From: Candidatus Nitrosomarinus sp. | Lineage (GTDB): Archaea; Thermoproteota; Nitrososphaeria; Nitrososphaerales; Nitrosopumilaceae | Direction of reading: 5' to 3' | Assembly (NCBI GenBank): GCA_003702465.1 | Contig: REGF01000002.1 | Coordinates: 8,598 to 50,558 of the forward strand | DNA length: 41,961 bases | Shown here: positions 36,740-41,961 of the stretch, piece after piece | Numbering within the stretch: position 1 is the stretch's first letter | Layout of the letters: each line of letters begins with the position of its first letter | Notes under the pieces: generated by a model | Databases searched by the model: none | What the model was told of the DNA's origin: nothing | What the model saw: the letters and a program-made list of their open reading frames with translations, nothing else | Made by a program: the position numbers and the translations under genes

Positions 36740-37354
36740 TTATTTTTCTAATTTTTCTAATGCTTTAATTAATTCAATTCGTCTTTTTTCTTCTGTAATT
36801 GCCGATCTAACATCATCAACTAAAATTCTATTAACATCAATTTTTCTTCTTGCTTCTTTAATCACTTTGTCGTATAACGAGAATGTATAAAGTTGAAGAT
36901 ATAGATTTTCCATTATTTCAAAAAATCTTATAGCTTCGTCTATCTTTCCTTTTCTCATCTCATCAAAAACTCTTCTTTTTAATTCTCCAACACAATCTAA
37001 TAATCCTAAAACATATGATTCTGGCATTACTGCTAATTTTTTATCTGAAGGAATATCTTTTTTTTCAACAATTGCAATTAAACATGCTGCTTCAACATAT
37101 TCTTGTTCTGGAGTAATTAGGTATCGTCTTAATTGTCCTGTTGCTTTTTTCTTATATTTTTTTAATAATTTTTCAGCTTGTTTCAAATTATTTTTTGCAG
37201 TTGTTAAATCTCCTTTGTGAACTGCTATGATCGATTTACTGCATAGGATAATCACTTCTCTAGTATTTTTTAATAAAAATTCTCTTGAATCTTGTGTAGT
37301 AGCTAAAGACTTTGTAATTTTATTTAATGATGGTTTAACATTTTTCAATGTCAT
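36740..37354 (-). CDS. Translin/TRAX (C3PO-like) family protein
   Basis: REFLLK..RE, QEYVEA, YVLGLLDCVGELKR and RRKID motifs; likely start MTLKN. Confidence 0.88.
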   Translation of the reverse strand: MTLKNVKPSLNKITKSLATTQDSREFLLKNTREVIILCSKSIIAVHKGDLTTAKNNLKQAEKLLKKYKKKATGQLRRYLITPEQEYVEAACLIAIVEKKDIPSDKKLAVMPESYVLGLLDCVGELKRRVFDEMRKGKIDEAIRFFEIMENLYLQLYTFSLYDKVIKEARRKIDVNRILVDDVRSAITEEKRRIELIKALEKLEK

Positions 37355-37426
37355 AAACCAAATTTTCAAACCTAGGATAAAGCCGTTTGCTAAACTCTTA
37401 TTTTGGTATTAATTTTGATGTAAAGT

Positions 37427-38074
37427 ATGGAAATAACCGTAGATCAAATGTATCAAATTGAAAATAAAGGTCATGATATGGGTTTTTTAAAAAAATTCAT
37501 GATGGAAAATGCTGGTGCTGCAGCAGTTAGACGTTTACTTACAAAATTCGATGACGTAACCTCAAAAAATATCTTAATTTTTGTAGGCTTGGGAAATAAT
37601 GGTGGTGATGGTTTAGTTATGGCTAGGCATTTAGCTGGTTATGGTTCAAATGTTACCGTAATGCTTCTTGGTGAACCTGAAAAAATTAAAACTGAAGAAA
37701 GTAATTGGAATTGGTCAATTCTACAAAAAATGCCTTCTGTTACTTTGATGTCTGGAAACTCTTTGAATTTTGATTTCAAACCAGATATTATAGTTGATGG
37801 AATTCTAGGCACTGGAATTTCAGGTGAAATTAGAGAACCATATGCATCAGCAATCAATTACATCAATGAAACTGATTGTTACAAATTTGCCGTTGATGTT
37901 CCATCTGGATTAGATCCTCAAACTGGAAACACTGCAAATATTTTCACAAAATGTGATATGACAGTAACATTTCATAAAATGAAAGAAGGGATTCCAAAAA
38001 GAAAAGATCTAACAGGTGAATTATATGCAGAAAAAATTGGTATTCCTGTTGAAGCTGAAGAGGGAATTCTATGA
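37427..38074 (+). CDS. nnrE: NAD(P)H-hydrate epimerase (stand-alone YjeF_N)
   Basis: MENAG, GNNGGDG, DGILGTG and AVDVPSG motifs. Confidence 0.93.
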   Translation: MEITVDQMYQIENKGHDMGFLKKFMMENAGAAAVRRLLTKFDDVTSKNILIFVGLGNNGGDGLVMARHLAGYGSNVTVMLLGEPEKIKTEESNWNWSILQKMPSVTLMSGNSLNFDFKPDIIVDGILGTGISGEIREPYASAINYINETDCYKFAVDVPSGLDPQTGNTANIFTKCDMTVTFHKMKEGIPKRKDLTGELYAEKIGIPVEAEEGIL

Positions 38075-38679
38075 TAGTACATCAAATACCTGTTGGACCA
38101 ATGCAGAATTTTTCTTACATAGTTGTTGATGAAGATACTAGTGAATCCATAATTATTGATCCTTCTTGGAATTTAATGGAATTGGAATTAATAATTAAAG
38201 AAAATAATTTGAAAATTAAATACATTGTTAATACACACTATCATGATGATCATACCAGAGGAAATGAGGAAATGGTTACATCGACAAAAGCTCCTATCAT
38301 TCAACATGAATCATCAACACTGAAAAATGATATTACTGTAAAGGATGGAGATTTTATTGAATTTGGAAATTCAAAATTAAAAGTTCTTCATACTCCTGGA
38401 CATTCTACTGATAGTATTTGTCTTGTTGGTGATGGAAAACTTTTTTCTGGTGATACATTATTTGTTGGAAATTGTGGTAGAATTGATTTACCTGGAGGTA
38501 GTGCATCAGAACTTTACCACAGCCTTTTTGACGTACTTTATTCTTTAGACGACAATTTGGTATTGTACCCTGGTCACAATTATGGTCCAACTGAAACATC
38601 TACTATTGGAAAAGAAAAAATGACTAACATGATAATGCAAAAACGAACCGAACAACAATTCCTAGATATGATGGGTTAG
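38071..38679 (+). CDS. Metallo-beta-lactamase-fold hydrolase (glyoxalase II-like)
   Basis: THYHDDH, HTPGH, SGDTLF and PGH motifs. Confidence 0.92.
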   Translation: MIVHQIPVGPMQNFSYIVVDEDTSESIIIDPSWNLMELELIIKENNLKIKYIVNTHYHDDHTRGNEEMVTSTKAPIIQHESSTLKNDITVKDGDFIEFGNSKLKVLHTPGHSTDSICLVGDGKLFSGDTLFVGNCGRIDLPGGSASELYHSLFDVLYSLDDNLVLYPGHNYGPTETSTIGKEKMTNMIMQKRTEQQFLDMMG

Positions 38680-38686
38680 TGATATT

Positions 38687-39757
38687 TTGAAAGATTTTGA
38701 GTTATTTGGCAATGTTGAACAGGCACAAAATTTCCTTGATTCTGTAAAATCTGGTCAATTTTTACTATCTTTTGTGATGTCATATACTCAAACATGTGAA
38801 ATTCCAGGAATTACTATTGCAGGTGCTGATAGTGATTCTATGAAATATACTCCACCTGCTGATGCAGAATATCTCCACTATGGATATTGTAAAACTATTG
38901 ACAATATCCCAATGACTCCTGATGGAAAACCTACACCAGCTCTATTAACAAAAACAGCTTTAGAATCTGCTAGTATTCCTCATTTAACAATTAATGCTGG
39001 AAGTAAGATTACTCCTCAATTACCATTTATTGAAACTGGTTTATCATTTGGAAAAAATATTTCTGTTGAATCTGCCATGACTGATTCTGAAGTTTCTAGT
39101 GCAGTTGAATATGGTAGAATTGTTGGAAGAAATATGGCTTCTCTAACTGATTGTTTAGTAATTGGTGAATCTATTCCTGGTGGAACAACAACTGCTTTAG
39201 CTGTATTACGAGCATTTGATTTTGATGCAAAAACAAGTTCTAGCATTCCTACTAACCCAATTAAATTAAAAAATGAAGTTGTAGATTCTGCAATAAAACG
39301 AATTGATTCTGATCATCCTTATAGTATACTTGCTAAAGTTGGGGATCCTATGATTGCTTTTGTTGCAGGGATGTTAAGTTCAGCATCTGCTGTTTCTAAA
39401 GTAATGTTAGCTGGTGGCACACAAATGACTGCAGTTTTGGCATTTGCATCTAAAATTGGATTTAATGAAGAAAACACTGCAATTGGAACTACATCATATA
39501 TTACAAATGATCAAAATGCAAATTTTGCTAATATTGTTAAACAAATTGCAGATATTCCTGCAATCTCTGTAAATCCTGGATTAAATAATTCAAAACATTC
39601 TGGACTAAAAGCATTTTCAGAAGGATTTGGAAAAGAAGGTGCTGGAGCTGGAGGTAGTATTATCTCATCTATGCTCAAAACAGGCAATGATTCTGCAAAA
39701 TTTTTGAATCTTGCAGAAAAAGAATATGATAGATTATCTTCATTATCTAAGTCATAA
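38687..39757 (+). CDS. cobT: Archaeal-type nicotinate-mononucleotide-dependent phosphoribosyltransferase CobT
   Basis: IPGITIAG, TPPADAE, PTPA, GESIPGGTTTA, GDP, LAGGTQM and KEGAGAGG motifs; TTG start. Confidence 0.88.
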   Translation: MKDFELFGNVEQAQNFLDSVKSGQFLLSFVMSYTQTCEIPGITIAGADSDSMKYTPPADAEYLHYGYCKTIDNIPMTPDGKPTPALLTKTALESASIPHLTINAGSKITPQLPFIETGLSFGKNISVESAMTDSEVSSAVEYGRIVGRNMASLTDCLVIGESIPGGTTTALAVLRAFDFDAKTSSSIPTNPIKLKNEVVDSAIKRIDSDHPYSILAKVGDPMIAFVAGMLSSASAVSKVMLAGGTQMTAVLAFASKIGFNEENTAIGTTSYITNDQNANFANIVKQIADIPAISVNPGLNNSKHSGLKAFSEGFGKEGAGAGGSIISSMLKTGNDSAKFLNLAEKEYDRLSSLSKS

Positions 39758-39823
39758 TATCTGAAAAAAGTAGAAAATTAGGCATGAAAATGTTTATCTT
39801 AATACAATTTCACAAGTTTTGAT

Positions 39824-40225
39824 ATGGCAACTAAATCCGGTATTCTTGGATTAATTATAGGAGTAGCTACTGTGTTAATTATAGTATCTGCAGTAGGTGA
39901 AAATACTGATTCTCAAGTATCTGAAATTGGAATAGTAGAAGAATCTGGATTCTCGCAATCTTGTGCTGAAACAGATTGTTATACTCCAAGTGTTTTGACC
40001 ATAAAATCTGGCACTGTTGTTACCATGACAAATACTGATGAAACAGGAGTTCACACATTTACATCAGGAACTGTTGATGGACAAACTCCTATCTCTGATG
40101 GAATATTTGATTCAAATATTTTGATGGTTGGAGATTCTTATGAACGCAAATTTTCTCAAAAAGGAACTTATGATTACTATTGTACATTACATACTTGGAT
40201 GACTGGTCAAATTATTGTTGAATGA
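39824..40225 (+). CDS. Membrane-anchored plastocyanin-like cupredoxin (type 1 Cu)
   Basis: N-terminal TM; HTFTSG; YYCTLHTWMTG (His/Cys/His/Met ligands). Confidence 0.92.
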   Translation: MATKSGILGLIIGVATVLIIVSAVGENTDSQVSEIGIVEESGFSQSCAETDCYTPSVLTIKSGTVVTMTNTDETGVHTFTSGTVDGQTPISDGIFDSNILMVGDSYERKFSQKGTYDYYCTLHTWMTGQIIVE

Positions 40226-40338
40226 TTTTTAAAATTAATTACAAAATTTAAATAAATTTTTAGAATATTTTCAAATATCAAACATTCTTTTTGAATCTGT
40301 TTCATCATAGTTATGTTCCTCTTTTGAAATAATTTCCC

Positions 40339-40734
40339 ATGAGTCAAACCATACAATACGACACACTGCTAAACAGACTCTTTGATTTGGATACTTGCAT
40401 ACGATTCGCTGCAGTAACAAACAAGTCTGGAGAAATTCTTGCAAAAGGTTCAAAACCTAACACCAAACTTTACTTGTCTCCTGAAGAAACTCAAGAAACA
40501 ATCCATCATGCAATAAGTGCATGGAGTTCTAGAGAAAAACACTATGACAAAATTGGTGAAGGATTATACACTTTGGCAGTTTATGAAAAACTTCGACGTG
40601 CAACAATTCCATTACCAAGTGGAAATTTGCTTTTGGTAACAATCGATAATGCAGGAGGACAGCAGCAGATAATGGAAAAAATTCTCAACGAAGTAAAAAT
40701 TCGTGATATCTCTGGAACCATTTCAGGAGCCTAG
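40339..40734 (+). CDS. Small alpha/beta protein (DUF6659-like, possibly roadblock/profilin-like fold)
   Basis: IRFAAV.N..G and IG...Y....YEK..R.TIP......LLV pattern, common among thaumarchaeal paralogues. Confidence 0.65.
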   Translation: MSQTIQYDTLLNRLFDLDTCIRFAAVTNKSGEILAKGSKPNTKLYLSPEETQETIHHAISAWSSREKHYDKIGEGLYTLAVYEKLRRATIPLPSGNLLLVTIDNAGGQQQIMEKILNEVKIRDISGTISGA

Positions 40735-40748
40735 ATATCTAAATTTTA

Positions 40749-41960
40749 TTATTTTACAGTCACGGATTTTGCTAGATTTCTTGGATAATCAGGATCTGTA
40801 TCTTTTTCTAATGCAGAATAATATGCCAAAAGTTGAATTGGAATGATTTCTGAAATTGGATACAAAATTTCACTAATCTTTGGAATTTCTATCCAGAAAT
40901 CATAAACATCACTTTTGATATCTGACACTCCAATAATTTTTGCTCCACGAGCTTTAATTTCACGAGAACTTGTCAATGTATCAGCATATGTTGAATCATT
41001 TGGATTAATTACGATAACAAAAACATCTGTATCCATTAATGCAAGTGGACCATGTTTTAATTCTCCACCTGGAATTCCTTCTGCATGAATGTATGTCAAT
41101 TCTTTTAATTTTAATGCTGATTCAATTGCAATGGGATAATTAATTCCTCTACCTAAAATGTAAATGTCTGAGACTTCTTTCAATTCTTTTGCAATCTGTT
41201 GAATTTTATTTGTATCTTCTAACATTTTTGAAATTGAATTTGAAAATTCTTCAAAATTAATTGTAATTGTATCACCTAATTTCTGAACAATTTTGTATAA
41301 TAGAATTAATTGTGCAGTAAAGCTTTTGGTTGCAGCTACTCCTATTTCTGGCCCACAATTCATTCCTAATACTACATCACCTTTACGTGTAAGAGATGAT
41401 GTAAGCAAATTGACTATGGAAATAATTTTACAGTTTAGTTTTTTTGTAATTCTTACTGCTTCCAAAACATCAGCACTTTCCCCACTTTGAGAAATTGCAA
41501 TCAAAACTGAATTTTCTTCAATTGTATCAGGTGCAAATTGTAATTCACTTGCTATGATTGGCTCTGCCTTTATTTTGACATATTTTGATAAAATCTGTTT
41601 TGCAATTAATGCTGAATTATAACTAGTTCCACTGCCTGTAATGTAGATATTTTTGGCCTTTTTGATAAGTTCTGCAGCTTTTTCAATCCCTTCTATTGTT
41701 GTTTCTCCTGCTTTTAAAATAACATCAGGTTGTTCATAAATTTCTTTTAATGTGAAATGTGCATAATCACCTTTGTATGCATCTCCAAATTCTTTTGAAA
41801 CTTTTGTAATTTCATGTTTTACTTTTTCACCATTGAAATCTAAAATTTCAAATTCTTTATTTTCTAAAATAATGAAATTTCCACTTTTCATGTAAATTGC
41901 ATTATCTGTATATTCGATGAAACCTAAAACATCACTTGATAAGAAGATATTTTCTTGTCC
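40749..41960 (-). CDS. glmS: Glutamine-fructose-6-phosphate transaminase, 5'-truncated by the window edge
   Basis: KEIYEQP, SQSGES, VAATKS, ELKHGP and C-terminal PRNLAKSVTV; the frame stays open to the window end (GQENIFLSSDV...). Confidence 0.96.
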   Translation of the reverse strand, partial: GQENIFLSSDVLGFIEYTDNAIYMKSGNFIILENKEFEILDFNGEKVKHEITKVSKEFGDAYKGDYAHFTLKEIYEQPDVILKAGETTIEGIEKAAELIKKAKNIYITGSGTSYNSALIAKQILSKYVKIKAEPIIASELQFAPDTIEENSVLIAISQSGESADVLEAVRITKKLNCKIISIVNLLTSSLTRKGDVVLGMNCGPEIGVAATKSFTAQLILLYKIVQKLGDTITINFEEFSNSISKMLEDTNKIQQIAKELKEVSDIYILGRGINYPIAIESALKLKELTYIHAEGIPGGELKHGPLALMDTDVFVIVINPNDSTYADTLTSSREIKARGAKIIGVSDIKSDVYDFWIEIPKISEILYPISEIIPIQLLAYYSALEKDTDPDYPRNLAKSVTVK

Positions 41961-41961
41961 A

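Noticed and set aside
36708-36890. 60-aa ORF starting inside tRNA-Leu
   Set aside because: Overlaps a tRNA and is antisense to translin.
40260-40310. C-box-like ATGATGA on the - strand upstream of the DUF6659-like gene
   Set aside because: No CTGA D boxes at suitable spacing and no terminal stem.
1-41961. CRISPR array, IS/integrase, att-site duplication at tRNAs, tRNA introns, defence systems
   Set aside because: I saw no spaced repeats, transposase or integrase motifs, or duplicated tRNA 3' ends, and all four tRNAs fold without introns.

Overview
AT-rich core-genome window from an ammonia-oxidising archaeon (Nitrososphaerota/Thaumarchaeota, most likely Nitrosopumilaceae). The assignment rests on gene order and content: a nuo operon ordered M-L-N, a transketolase-N/RPE fusion, a type-1 IDI, a stand-alone 5S rRNA and a cupredoxin. 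Contents: the 3' part of the complex I operon (nuoB end, C, D, H, I, J, K, M, L, N); two polyprenyl synthases; a CADD-like diiron protein; pyrE; a degenerate LarA-like protein; an M50 protease; Ard1; a Trm5-family methyltransferase; ABCE1; PepA; a non-oxidative pentose-phosphate cluster; CorA; the rpoN-eno-rps2-mvk-ipk-idi-GGPPS-gltX superoperon; translin; NnrE; an MBL hydrolase; CobT; a cupredoxin; and a partial glmS. RNA genes are four tRNAs (Glu-TTC, CAT probably Ile2, His-GTG, Leu-GAG) and 5S rRNA. I saw no mobile element, CRISPR array or defence island. Three signals lie outside the ORF track: a double-guide C/D box sRNA (about 11400-11464) whose guides appear to target 23S rRNA H69 and the adjacent A1938 region, a 42-aa C2H2 zinc-finger microprotein (18031-18159) behind the 5S gene, and a decayed 62-bp tandem duplication that separated two formerly overlapping convergent genes. 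All family assignments come from motif recognition by eye, not database searches.
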